From a phage: a DNA stretch of 46,716 nt. Shown here piece after piece: positions 28,136 through 37,291 of the stretch. The translations under genes and the position numbers were made by a program. The stretch's first letter is position 1; each line of letters starts with the position of its first letter. The notes beneath the pieces are model-generated. The model did not search any database. It saw only the letters and a program-made list of their open reading frames with translations, and was not told the origin of the DNA. The stretch lies in the NCBI GenBank assembly GCA_018580065.1, contig GCA_018580065.1_4845.1, one strand, 5' to 3'.

Positions 28136-28165
28136 AAAACCAGCAGTTAAGCTGGTTATTTTTTA
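28136..28165 (+). terminator. hairpin with T-run inside the non-coding origin-like region
   Basis: AAAACCAGC-agttaa-GCTGGTT followed by ATTTTTTAG. Confidence 0.4.
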
Positions 28166-28185
28166 GTGGTTTTTAGTGTTTTTTG

Positions 28186-28414
28186 GCTTCCCGCGCTTCC
28201 CTGAATTCCCTGGAAGCATTTTTTTCTTTGTTTTCAGTAGCTTCTGAGTGTTTTTTGTATCGCTTCCCGCCTCCCAAGAAAATAATTTTTGAATTTTAAA
28301 ACTCTCAATTTTTTTCGAAAATCTTCCCGGGAAGCGGGAAGTTGGGAAGCGACGACTTAAATAATTGATTTTCCTGTATTTTCGCTTCCCAAGCTGTTTT
28401 GGTTTTTTGGAAGC
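28186..28414. repeat. iteron-like array of GCTTCCC / GGGAAGC heptamers (candidate replication origin)
   Basis: At least 8 copies in both orientations, including CTTCCCGGGAAGCGGGAAGTTGGGAAGC; located just upstream of the replication module. Confidence 0.55.
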
Positions 28415-28581
28415 AAAGCTATTGAAAATAAAAGAAAAATTACCCCTCTGGTAAGCGTTATACTCCTGTTGGAGTGTGCTGTCAACCAGCCGCACGGAAC
28501 AAAGATCATCCCCGTGTAAATGTGTTTGACTAGCTTCCTTTTTCCCTTTATTCTTTTTTTTATCAAACAAGAAGTGGAGAA

Positions 28582-28809
28582 ATGGCGATGAGCAAAGAAT
28601 ACCGATTTGGCAGTGCGATTGGCGAGGTCTGGGATTTTGTGCGTGATATGTTGGTTGGTGATCGTAAGGAGTTTAAATTTGATGAGTTTACCGCTAATGA
28701 AGGATTAAGGGGATTCAGAGTGAACCTTCATAAGGTTGCAGTGCGGAACGGATGGATGTTTAAAACGCGAGCTAAGGAGGGTGGCTTGTGGGTAAAACGG
28801 ATTAAGTGA
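28582..28809 (+). CDS. hypothetical protein
   Basis: ORF track 75 aa; TTGACT-17-TATTCT promoter-like sequence and GGAG RBS upstream. Confidence 0.5.
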   Translation: MAMSKEYRFGSAIGEVWDFVRDMLVGDRKEFKFDEFTANEGLRGFRVNLHKVAVRNGWMFKTRAKEGGLWVKRIK

Positions 28810-28820
28810 GGTGTTTGGAT

Positions 28821-29243
28821 ATGAAAAGGTACTACATTGAGGCAATTGGGGCTGATGGTAAAAAGTTATATGCCAGCGGTAGATGTGGTTTTCTGCATGA
28901 TTTTACCTATGCGAAGTTTTTCAAAACAATAGAGGAGGCTGAGGGGTATATGGCGTGGCGGAAGCCTCATCTCCCATGTGAAATAAAATGCAAGGAGCAA
29001 AGGGTAAAAAAACGGTCTGCGTCTCAGGTGGAACAAAAAACGACAATGGAGGGAGAAGCTAGAAACTTCGTCTACCGCCTTGGTTTGGATAAGGGAAAGC
29101 ATTTTGTGTTTGATGATTTTAAGTTGATAAAGAGCATTGATCAGTTGAGAACTTCCCTTGACAGGGTGGGTAAGAAGCTGCAAAAAAAATTCAGTGTCAA
29201 TATGGTTGCGCGTAATACCGCTTATGTGGTGAGGGTTAAATGA
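28821..29243 (+). CDS. hypothetical protein
   Basis: ATG 28821 with GTGAGGTG RBS (ORF track from 28806). Confidence 0.45.
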   Translation: MKRYYIEAIGADGKKLYASGRCGFLHDFTYAKFFKTIEEAEGYMAWRKPHLPCEIKCKEQRVKKRSASQVEQKTTMEGEARNFVYRLGLDKGKHFVFDDFKLIKSIDQLRTSLDRVGKKLQKKFSVNMVARNTAYVVRVK

Positions 29244-31573
29244 TGATTGGTTATGAAGATTACCGCAAATGTGGCTTCCCTATTATTGGAATCCATGCGA
29301 TGGATATCGACCGAAATTGCACATGCGGTGATCCAGAGTGCAATGCTGCCGGTAAGCATCCGGTTATGAGCAACTGGCAGCTTGGAGTTATATGGGCTGA
29401 TGACCAGATTGAAAATATGGCTGAATATGGTCAGTTGCAGTCATTCGGTGTCCTTGTGAATGGTTATCTGGTCGTTGATATTGACCCACGCAACGGAGGT
29501 AATGATGGATATGAATCGCTTTGTGATGCCTTAGACGTAGAGCTTGCTGACGAAGCTGGTTTTACGGTCAAGACTGGTGGTGGTGGTCGCCACATCTATT
29601 ACAAACTTCCTGAAGGAATAAAGCTGCGCTCTCATGACAGAAGATTTAATGGTATTGACTTTAAATCATCTGGTTTTGTTGTTGGATGTGGTTCTTTTCA
29701 TAAAACTGGAAACTTTTATGAGGCCGAGCATGGATCCCCTTCAGAGATAACTGAATGTCCATCTGAACTTATTGAGCTTTTGTTGCGTCCTGAGAGAACG
29801 GAAGACGAGGTTTTCACGCTTGATAGTAAAAATTACAGCATTGCCGAAATGGAGGATATGCTCAAATACATCAAAGATGGTGATGAGTATGACCCATGGC
29901 TTCATGTAGGTATGGCTATCCACGAAGCTACAGAAGGCAATGGTTTTGAGCTTTGGGATAGATGGTCATCGCAGTTCAGCAAATACAGAGCTGAAGAGAT
30001 GGACGCAAAATGGCATTCCTTTGGAAAGGACGGCGTTAGCGAAAAGATAACAGAAGCAACGCTGGTTTATCTCGCGCAAGAGGGGGGGTGGGTAAGGCAA
30101 GTAACTTTTGAGGCTACGCCAGAGGAAATTGAGAAACTTGAGTCTTTCGAACGAGAGATGGCAATGGGTGTTGGTGAATGCCCTGTAGAGTACAAAAGTG
30201 TTGATGTCCGTTATCCGCCTGGATTTGTTGGTCGCCTTGCGGCGTGGATTAATAAGAACTGTGCAGAGAAGCGAGAGAATATTGCAGCACTTGCCGCATT
30301 GCATGCCGCATCCATGATTTGCGGTGCGTCATCTGATATTTACCTTACAAACAGGAAGGCTTTACCAAACCTTTTTGCTGTTGGTATCGCTGGTTCAGGT
30401 TCAGGTAAGGGTGATGTCCTTGCTGCGCTACAAAAGATAATTGATTGCTCAGGATTGAGTAAGACAGTTGCCGGTAAGATACGCTCAGAGCGTGCGATAT
30501 ATGAAGGTCTTTGCGCTAACCAGATGTTTAATATCATCATGGATGAGATTGGGATAAAACTTGGGAGTGTTGTTGGTCAGAAAGTAAGCGAGTACAACAT
30601 GGCAACCGCTGGTGCGATCATGGAGGCTTACACGTCAGAAGTTCTTTATTGTGACCAGCGGGTTACTGAGGATTTCATTAAGTCTTTTGAAAAAAGAAAG
30701 GCTATGCTGTTGATGGCTATTGAGGAAAATGAAATACAGGCAGACCCCGTTGACATTAAGTGTCAGTTTGATGATGTGATAAACAGAATTGACGGAGCTA
30801 TAAGGAATCCATTTTTTTCAATCTTTGGTGTATCTACTGATGATCAGTTTAAGCGCCTTATTACAGAAGAAAACATTAAGTCAGGCCTTATGGGTCGCGC
30901 AATGATTATGCAGGAGTTACAGGAGATTGCTGATGAAAACGAAAACGTAAACTACTGTGATCTACCTATGGATATGCAACTGACCATAAAAACAATAATA
31001 AATGGCGGAACGGCTGGGCACAAAAACTGGACAGACTCAATAATCAGTCAAAAAGAAAGACGGATTATAAAAGCCACGCCTGAAGTTTCTCAGCTCGCCA
31101 AGGAGTTCTTCTCATGGATTAAAACCGTTGCAAGAAAGCATGTAGAAAATGGTACTGGTTATCACCCATTGATAAACAGATGCGCCGTGAAGGTGGCAAA
31201 GATTGCTGGAATTCTCGCGTGCGATACTGGCGTCATAACCATGGAGCACTTGAGATATGCGGTAGCATTAACAATTAAATCAACAAGCGATCTGATGATG
31301 CGTGCCGACAGTATCGCCGGAGCGAAGTCTAAAGCTATGGAAGAGAGAATTGAAGGCATTTTCTCCATGGTTAAAGAATATGTGAAGCGAGGAATGACCA
31401 AAACAGCAATGGTTAGAGGGGTGGCAAAAGAAGGTGGTTATAAACGTGCTGATGTCGAGAGGTGCGTAGAGAAGTTGTTATCAGATGGTGTTATTTGCAT
31501 TGATGAAAATGCAAAAAGAACATCTCACAACGTAATAATTTACAAATTAACAAATGATGAGGTTGAGATATGA
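29240..31573 (+). CDS. bifunctional DNA primase-polymerase with helicase-like C-terminal domain
   Basis: Prim-pol motifs VVDIDPRNGG and GGGRHIYY, PriCT-like DPWLHVGMAIHEA, Walker A GIAGSGSGKG. Confidence 0.8.
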   Translation: MMIGYEDYRKCGFPIIGIHAMDIDRNCTCGDPECNAAGKHPVMSNWQLGVIWADDQIENMAEYGQLQSFGVLVNGYLVVDIDPRNGGNDGYESLCDALDVELADEAGFTVKTGGGGRHIYYKLPEGIKLRSHDRRFNGIDFKSSGFVVGCGSFHKTGNFYEAEHGSPSEITECPSELIELLLRPERTEDEVFTLDSKNYSIAEMEDMLKYIKDGDEYDPWLHVGMAIHEATEGNGFELWDRWSSQFSKYRAEEMDAKWHSFGKDGVSEKITEATLVYLAQEGGWVRQVTFEATPEEIEKLESFEREMAMGVGECPVEYKSVDVRYPPGFVGRLAAWINKNCAEKRENIAALAALHAASMICGASSDIYLTNRKALPNLFAVGIAGSGSGKGDVLAALQKIIDCSGLSKTVAGKIRSERAIYEGLCANQMFNIIMDEIGIKLGSVVGQKVSEYNMATAGAIMEAYTSEVLYCDQRVTEDFIKSFEKRKAMLLMAIEENEIQADPVDIKCQFDDVINRIDGAIRNPFFSIFGVSTDDQFKRLITEENIKSGLMGRAMIMQELQEIADENENVNYCDLPMDMQLTIKTIINGGTAGHKNWTDSIISQKERRIIKATPEVSQLAKEFFSWIKTVARKHVENGTGYHPLINRCAVKVAKIAGILACDTGVITMEHLRYAVALTIKSTSDLMMRADSIAGAKSKAMEERIEGIFSMVKEYVKRGMTKTAMVRGVAKEGGYKRADVERCVEKLLSDGVICIDENAKRTSHNVIIYKLTNDEVEI

Positions 31574-31992
31574 TTAATTACAAGTATCTGGTGATGAGAG
31601 GTTTGTATGACTATTTTGAGTCAGAAAATCCTGAGCGCGCACATGATAACGCAATATCCATGATGACAGGAAAACACCTGATGGAAGTTTACTACTGGAA
31701 AATGCCAGTATTCCGCTGCAATATGGGTATCTGCATTGATGATGACGTACTGTTTTGTCGAATACAATATGAAAACAATGTAGGCATAGTGACAGCATCG
31801 TACAGGGATGTCGCAAGAAAATCCGGGAAATGGCATCCAAGCGAAGTATTTGCTGGTGACGCACTATTTAATTTCTGCAAGGCGTTTGGTGTTTTGTATG
31901 AGGATGTAAGCAAAGAGTATAGCGGAAGGCGTGAGAAAGATAGCTTGAGTTCCAAAGGCGTGACTAACTACAAGGATAAAAACCATGTGTAA
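31570..31992 (+). CDS. hypothetical protein
   Basis: ORF track 140 aa. Confidence 0.45.
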   Translation: MINYKYLVMRGLYDYFESENPERAHDNAISMMTGKHLMEVYYWKMPVFRCNMGICIDDDVLFCRIQYENNVGIVTASYRDVARKSGKWHPSEVFAGDALFNFCKAFGVLYEDVSKEYSGRREKDSLSSKGVTNYKDKNHV

Positions 31993-32188
31993 CACAATTA
32001 GAACAATATCAGGCGAACTTTGTCGCTCAGAAGGTTCATGGCATTTCAGGCCGCATGGTTATTCGACATGGTTTTTCTGGAGCGGGATTAACAAAGTATG
32101 GATTCGCTCTAATTACCACGTGCTTGATGATTACTGGCATAGATTTTGTGTTGGTTATGTTGATATTTCAAAATTGATGATTAAGTGA
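31985..32188 (+). CDS. hypothetical Trp-rich protein
   Basis: ORF track 67 aa. Confidence 0.3.
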   Translation: MCNTIRTISGELCRSEGSWHFRPHGYSTWFFWSGINKVWIRSNYHVLDDYWHRFCVGYVDISKLMIK

Positions 32189-32198
32189 GGGCAAGGAA

Positions 32199-32450
32199 AT
32201 GGATGTGAAAGATAAGGTTTTGTACGTGATGAGAAAGAGAAAATCCATTGAGGAGGAGACCCTTGGGATTTGTCGAAAGTTCTCCGTTGCCCCGTGGAGT
32301 TTACGTCTATCGATGGTGAATGAATTTCCTGATGATGAATGGACGGCGGCAAAGTTACGGAAGGTTCTGGTTTCTCTTTGTAAGGAGAGCCTTGTATCAA
32401 AGGATTTAAATAACAGTCGCATTGGTAATTCAGTTTGGATTCTGGAGTAA
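32199..32450 (+). CDS. hypothetical protein
   Basis: ORF track 83 aa. Confidence 0.45.
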   Translation: MDVKDKVLYVMRKRKSIEEETLGICRKFSVAPWSLRLSMVNEFPDDEWTAAKLRKVLVSLCKESLVSKDLNNSRIGNSVWILE

Positions 32451-32455
32451 AACTG

Positions 32456-32761
32456 ATGGCTAACTTGCAACTTGCCGTCAAAGGCGAATACTTCGACGCC
32501 ATGATTCGTGGAGAGAAAACGGAAGAGTATCGCCTTTTTAATGACTACTGGAAGAAACGCCTTATTAACTTTAAAGATAGCGGACAGATTGGAAGGAAGT
32601 ACGAAAGGTTAATTATCACAAAAGGATATCCAAAGAAGGACGATAAATCCAGGCGCATTGACATCCCATATAATGGATGGACGGTTAAAACCATCACGCA
32701 CCTGCACTTCGGTCCTGACCCAGTGGAAGTGTTCGCAATAAAAGTTAACATCAAAGCATAA
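32456..32761 (+). CDS. ASCH/PUA-like domain protein (tentative)
   Basis: YFDAMIRGEKTEEYRL resembles ASCH N-terminal motif; ATG 32456 with GGAG RBS. Confidence 0.4.
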   Translation: MANLQLAVKGEYFDAMIRGEKTEEYRLFNDYWKKRLINFKDSGQIGRKYERLIITKGYPKKDDKSRRIDIPYNGWTVKTITHLHFGPDPVEVFAIKVNIKA

Positions 32762-32763
32762 CA

Positions 32764-32792
32764 AAAAGCCCGCAAACGCGGGATTTATTATT
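32764..32792. terminator. bidirectional intrinsic terminator
   Basis: AGCCCGC-aaac-GCGGGAT followed by TTATTATTT. Confidence 0.65.
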
Positions 32793-33030
32793 TAACAATC
32801 CATTTTGTAACGGCTGGCCTTAAATCTTCCTTTCTGAAAACGCCACCAGTAAGTCTCTCGGCATCAATTGCTGCTGTAGCGCTAATTCTTCCTCTTGACA
32901 CCCACTGATTGACAGCCTGTTTTGACACACCAAGAAACCTTGCCAGTTGTGATTGCCCTCCAACATAATCAATCAGCTCTGACAGCTTCGTCTGTTCCAT
33001 TTCTCTTATCTGTTCTGCGATGCTTTTCAT
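32788..33030 (-). CDS. XRE-family (Cro/CI-type) HTH transcriptional regulator
   Basis: SQLARFLGVSKQAVNQWVSRG helix-turn-helix; lone minus-strand gene with its own TTGACG-17-CATTAT promoter. Confidence 0.6.
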   Translation of the reverse strand: MKSIAEQIREMEQTKLSELIDYVGGQSQLARFLGVSKQAVNQWVSRGRISATAAIDAERLTGGVFRKEDLRPAVTKWIVK

Positions 33031-33059
33031 GTGTTTACCTCTGCTATCTGTATGCAGCA

Positions 33060-33088
33060 ATAATGAACTCAAAAAAAATTTTCGTCAA
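33060..33088 (-). promoter_or_regulatory. sigma70-like promoter for the HTH regulator
   Basis: Minus-strand TTGACG (plus 33083-33088), 17-nt spacer, CATTAT (plus 33060-33065). Confidence 0.5.
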
Positions 33089-33164
33089 GGTATTGTGTTT
33101 ACCATCACGTTGACGTATCTTTAAGTCACACCAGCGATATGCTGAGTTAAATCGAGGGGACACT

Positions 33165-34007
33165 ATGAGCTTATCAATGATTCAAAAACCAAAACCAGCA
33201 GCGCCAATCATAACATTGGTTGGTACTCCAGGTGTAGGCAAGACAACTCTTGCGGCGCTATTCCCAAACCCAGTGTTTATTCAGGCTGAAGAGATCACTG
33301 GTGTTTTTGATGACTGGGATGATGAAAAGAAACCTGATTCATTTCCTGTTCTGAAGCGCGCTGACGTTAAACGCAAAACAAGCACAAAGGATGATTTGCT
33401 GTCACAGCTACGCGCATTAATTACTGAGGAACATAATTACAAAACGCTTGTAATTGACTCAATCACAAGCCTGCATTCAATGTTTGAGCATGAGGTTTGT
33501 GAAAATTACGGTGTTGACAACGTAGGTTCTGCGGCTGGTGGTTACAACAAAGGATATATTGTTGTTTCTGAAATGCACGCTGAAATAATAAATGCATGTA
33601 AGTATCTTCGCAAAGAAAAAGGGATGAGCATTATTTATCTTGCACACGCAGGTGTTAAAAAGATGAAGAATCGCCCTGATGCTGATGAATACACTGTTTA
33701 CACACTTGACATGCATGACGCTTCAGTTTCTGGTTATGTGAATCTGAGTGATGCTGTTATTTACATCAGGAATGAGGAGTTCGTGAAAGGAACTGAGACT
33801 GATAAGAAAGGTCAGGTGACCAAGTTTGGAAAGGTTGTTCAGACTGGTCAGCGAGTTCTTATCACCTCTGGTGATGGTCGGGTTGGGTATGTTAATGCAA
33901 AAAACAGATATAACCTTGAACCTGAAATTCCTTTTGAAAAAGGTGAGAATCCACTTTTGAGTGAGATTAAATATTATGCATCTCTACGAGATAACCAAAC
34001 AGCTTAA
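33165..34007 (+). CDS. Sak4-like RecA-fold recombination ATPase
   Basis: Walker A LVGTPGVGKTT near N-terminus; size and neighbourhood match phage Sak4-type proteins. Confidence 0.65.
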   Translation: MSLSMIQKPKPAAPIITLVGTPGVGKTTLAALFPNPVFIQAEEITGVFDDWDDEKKPDSFPVLKRADVKRKTSTKDDLLSQLRALITEEHNYKTLVIDSITSLHSMFEHEVCENYGVDNVGSAAGGYNKGYIVVSEMHAEIINACKYLRKEKGMSIIYLAHAGVKKMKNRPDADEYTVYTLDMHDASVSGYVNLSDAVIYIRNEEFVKGTETDKKGQVTKFGKVVQTGQRVLITSGDGRVGYVNAKNRYNLEPEIPFEKGENPLLSEIKYYASLRDNQTA

Positions 34008-34455
34008 TGAACTGCTGGCGATGGAGGATATTCCACGGGAGCAGATTGAAGATACCATAAATCTTATTGAAGAGGAGTTTGAAGGAAAGGCTGAAATGGT
34101 TGCTGCTTACATTCGTGAGCTTGAAGCTGATGATGCCGGACTTAAGTCCGAGATTGACCGTCTTTCTGAGCGTAAGCGTGTTTTAGTTGCGAAGATTGAT
34201 AACCTTAAAGATTATCTTCGTCAAAACATGATGGCGTCAGGAAAGACAGATATCAAAGGTAAGTTGTTCAGTATCACTCTTGGCAAACCGTCACCAGTTC
34301 TTGATGTGTTTGTCCCTGTTGAGCAGCTTCCTGAGCAGTACCGGGTTGTGAAAGTGTCGGCAGATAACGCAGCAATTAAAAATGCGATAAAAGCCGGGAT
34401 TGAAATTAATGGTTGTGCCATCACCGACGGCAAACCAAAACTGATCATCAAATAA
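33976..34455 (+). CDS. Gp157-like protein (tentative)
   Basis: Coiled-coil N-terminus; adjacent to Sak4-like gene; ATG 33976 (ORF track from GTG 33961). Confidence 0.4.
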   Translation: MHLYEITKQLNELLAMEDIPREQIEDTINLIEEEFEGKAEMVAAYIRELEADDAGLKSEIDRLSERKRVLVAKIDNLKDYLRQNMMASGKTDIKGKLFSITLGKPSPVLDVFVPVEQLPEQYRVVKVSADNAAIKNAIKAGIEINGCAITDGKPKLIIK

Positions 34456-34472
34456 ATCGAGAGGACACAAAA

Positions 34473-34994
34473 ATGGGTTTCTGGAATCTTTCTGACGGTA
34501 AAGCTGTTGAGTCTAAATCTGAATTTGAACTGGGTGGTGGTTTCGAAGTAATTCCTGATGGCAGCCGTGTTCTTGCTGCCGTTGAAGAATGTAAAGACGA
34601 TCAGTGGGAAGGTGAGCGATTCTTCAATCTTAAGTGGCGAATCCTTGAGGGTGATTATAAAAATCGCATCATCTTCCAGAAGCTGAAAGTATTTAGCTCA
34701 AAAGAAAAGCAGCGCGACAATGCTATCACTATGCTTGCAGCAATTGACGCAAACGCCGGTGGCAAGCTGATGGCTTCAGGTAAAGAGCCGACTGATTTTG
34801 CTATTGCTAGTGCGCTTGCAAATCGCCCAATGATTCTTCTTCTTCGCGTTTGGGAGTCTGAGGATAAGCAAAAAACTGGTAACTATGTGGCTGGTGTTTT
34901 CAGTCGTCAACAGACAAAAGCATCACCTACTACTAAGCAATCAGCGCCGTCTAACGAGCCGCCGATGGACTTTGACTCTGACGTGCCGTTTTAA
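34473..34994 (+). CDS. putative ssDNA-binding protein with E. coli SSB-like C-terminal tip
   Basis: C-terminus SAPSNEPPMDFDSDVPF nearly identical to E. coli SSB tip PSNEPPMDFDDDIPF; N-terminal domain does not look like a canonical OB-fold SSB. Confidence 0.55.
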   Translation: MGFWNLSDGKAVESKSEFELGGGFEVIPDGSRVLAAVEECKDDQWEGERFFNLKWRILEGDYKNRIIFQKLKVFSSKEKQRDNAITMLAAIDANAGGKLMASGKEPTDFAIASALANRPMILLLRVWESEDKQKTGNYVAGVFSRQQTKASPTTKQSAPSNEPPMDFDSDVPF

Positions 34995-35015
34995 TGACTT
35001 GATATTTATTTAAAT

Positions 35016-35040
35016 AAAGCCCCTTAACGGGGCTTTTAAT
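35016..35040 (+). terminator. intrinsic terminator
   Basis: AAGCCCC-ttaa-CGGGGCTT followed by TTAATT. Confidence 0.6.
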
Positions 35041-35051
35041 TGGTGGTTTAT

Positions 35052-35426
35052 ATGTACGAAGTTATCTGTGATTACTGCAATATTGCGACAAGACTAGCCA
35101 AAGGGAGTGAAATTTACCCACACAGACCAGACCTTTCGTCTCTTAATTTTTATCTGTGTGATTCTTGTGGTGCTTATGTTGGTTGCCATAAAAATGGTGA
35201 TGGTAAAAGGCCACTTGGGCGTGTGGCTAATGAAGAATTAAGGAAGGCAAAAAGCAAAGCCCATGCTGCATTTGATCCATTATGGAAATCAGGAAAAATG
35301 TCAAGAGGCTCTGCTTATTCTGCATTAGCTAGTTCGATGGGAATAAGAAAAGAGAAGTGTCACATAGGAATGTTTGATGTTAAGCAGTGCGAGCATGTTG
35401 TCGAGTGGTGCAAGGAGTTTGACTGA
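35052..35426 (+). CDS. zinc-ribbon protein
   Basis: CDYC...CDSCGAY...C cysteine pairs; ATG 35052 (ORF track from TTG 35040). Confidence 0.45.
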   Translation: MYEVICDYCNIATRLAKGSEIYPHRPDLSSLNFYLCDSCGAYVGCHKNGDGKRPLGRVANEELRKAKSKAHAAFDPLWKSGKMSRGSAYSALASSMGIRKEKCHIGMFDVKQCEHVVEWCKEFD

Positions 35427-37291
35427 TGAAATACACACTAAGGCCATACCAACAGGAAGCTGTTGATTCAGCTATGGCACACATTCGCAGCACAATCTCA
35501 TCATGCGTTATCATCCTGCCTACAGGTGCAGGAAAATCTATGGTTGTAGCAGAACTTGCATCTCGTATTTATGGTATGAGCAAAAAGCGAGTTTTGTGCA
35601 TTGCTCCCACGGCGGAACTCGTCACACAAAATCGCGCTAAATATCTTCTCACCGGAGAACCAGCCAGCATGTTCAGTGCAAAGGCTGGCCCCAAAAACCT
35701 GCGTCATCCGGTGGTGTTTGGTTCACCAGTTACAATCAAGAACTCAATAGAGATGTTTGGTGATAAGTATGGTGCTGTCATTATTGATGAGTGCGATGGA
35801 ATAACACCAACCATTAAATTTATTATTAATGAAATGAAGCGTCGCAATCCAAAACTGCGTGTTATTGGAATGACCGCTACGCCTTATCGCCTTGGAACTG
35901 GATACATCTACAAAGAGCATTACCTCGACGGTCCTACAGATGAAGAAACAGCCATAGACCCATATTACGACAAAGTCGTTTATGAGCTTGAGGCGAAATT
36001 CCTCATTGAAAACGGATACCTTACGCCTCCAGTAACAGAGCCTGTTTTTGACGAGTATGATACGTCTTGTCTTGAAAAAGATAAGTTGGGTCGGTACACG
36101 ACGGCTTCAGTGGAAAAGGCGATGGTTGGCAAAGGAAGGAAAACATCACGTATTGTTGAAGATATTATCCGTCGCTCTGTTAATCGGCGCGGAACGATGA
36201 TTTTTGCCAGCACCAAAAAACACGCTATGGAGATAATGGAGTCACTTCCTCCCGGTTCTTATAGTTATGTTTTTGGTGACATGCCGACAGCTGAACGCAA
36301 TAAGGCAATATCAGACTTCAAGGCGCAAAAAGTTAAATACATCGTTAACCAAAATATACTTACTGTAGGGGTTGATGTTCCTCATTGTGATCACATAGCA
36401 GTAATGAGAGCCACAGAATCACCAAGGCTCTATCAGCAAATAATTGGCAGGGGGACGCGTCTTTATGAAGGAAAGGAAGACTTTCTTGTCAGCGATTACG
36501 CAGGCAACATTCAGCGCCACTTTTCTGAGACTGGGGACTTGTTCACTCCAGAAATAAAAGCAACAAGGAAAAAACCATCCGTGCCAATGGATGTCAAATG
36601 CCCTCTTTGTGGCTTTATTAATGAATTTGGTGTGCGCCCAAATCCTGAAAATCTTGAAGTTGACAAGGAAGGTTACTGGCTGGATTTGGCGGGTGACAGA
36701 GTAATGATTGATATTTTTGATAAGTCAGGTGAAAAGATTGGAAGCAAGCCTATGCCTGCTCATTTTGGTAGGCGGTGTAAAAACTACGTTATGCATGGAC
36801 CACTAAGGGAAATGCATAGGTGTACTTATAAATGGTCGGTAAAGGAGTGTCCTGATTGTGGGTTTGAAAATGATATAGCGGCAAGAAACTGCACATCATG
36901 CGGAGCTGAAATCATTGACCCCAACCAAAAGCTAAAAGAAGAAGCTGACAGGCTTGATTCCTCTCCTTATGCAACCAAGCAATCAAACGTAACCATGATG
37001 AACATCATGAAGCATTACGTTTCAAGCGGTGAAGATTTGGTACACGTAAAATTTGCTATTGAACATAAACCATTTTTTGTTAGTAAGTTCTACAATCCAA
37101 ACTCTGAGAAGGGATGGATGAAGAAGGAGTGGGAAGAATTTTGTGAGAAGTGCTTTGGTGAACATAACATGTCAATTGATGATGCAATAGCAAAAAGAGA
37201 TGAGGCTGTCGCGCCATCAGTGATTATGTTCAGAAGAGACAAGGGTAGTAAATATTTCAACGTTAAAGGCATGTATTGGGGGGTATTATGA
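35426..37291 (+). CDS. SF2 DNA helicase with C-terminal zinc fingers
   Basis: Walker A ILPTGAGKS, Walker B VIIDECDG, helicase C-domain motifs, CPLCGF and CPDCGF...CTSCGA zinc ribbons. Confidence 0.8.
   Translation: MKYTLRPYQQEAVDSAMAHIRSTISSCVIILPTGAGKSMVVAELASRIYGMSKKRVLCIAPTAELVTQNRAKYLLTGEPASMFSAKAGPKNLRHPVVFGSPVTIKNSIEMFGDKYGAVIIDECDGITPTIKFIINEMKRRNPKLRVIGMTATPYRLGTGYIYKEHYLDGPTDEETAIDPYYDKVVYELEAKFLIENGYLTPPVTEPVFDEYDTSCLEKDKLGRYTTASVEKAMVGKGRKTSRIVEDIIRRSVNRRGTMIFASTKKHAMEIMESLPPGSYSYVFGDMPTAERNKAISDFKAQKVKYIVNQNILTVGVDVPHCDHIAVMRATESPRLYQQIIGRGTRLYEGKEDFLVSDYAGNIQRHFSETGDLFTPEIKATRKKPSVPMDVKCPLCGFINEFGVRPNPENLEVDKEGYWLDLAGDRVMIDIFDKSGEKIGSKPMPAHFGRRCKNYVMHGPLREMHRCTYKWSVKECPDCGFENDIAARNCTSCGAEIIDPNQKLKEEADRLDSSPYATKQSNVTMMNIMKHYVSSGEDLVHVKFAIEHKPFFVSKFYNPNSEKGWMKKEWEEFCEKCFGEHNMSIDDAIAKRDEAVAPSVIMFRRDKGSKYFNVKGMYWGVL

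Noticed and set aside
28186-28414. CRISPR array
   Set aside because: Repeats are 7-nt iterons in both orientations with irregular spacing; no regular repeat-spacer structure and no cas genes anywhere in the window.
28163-28570. 135-aa minus-strand ORF rich in Lys
   Set aside because: Lies entirely in the AT-rich/iteron non-coding region; composition is low-complexity from T-runs; no RBS.
32788-33030. Lysogeny module (CI repressor with integrase)
   Set aside because: No integrase, excisionase or attachment-site candidates are present; a single HTH gene is insufficient to call the phage temperate.
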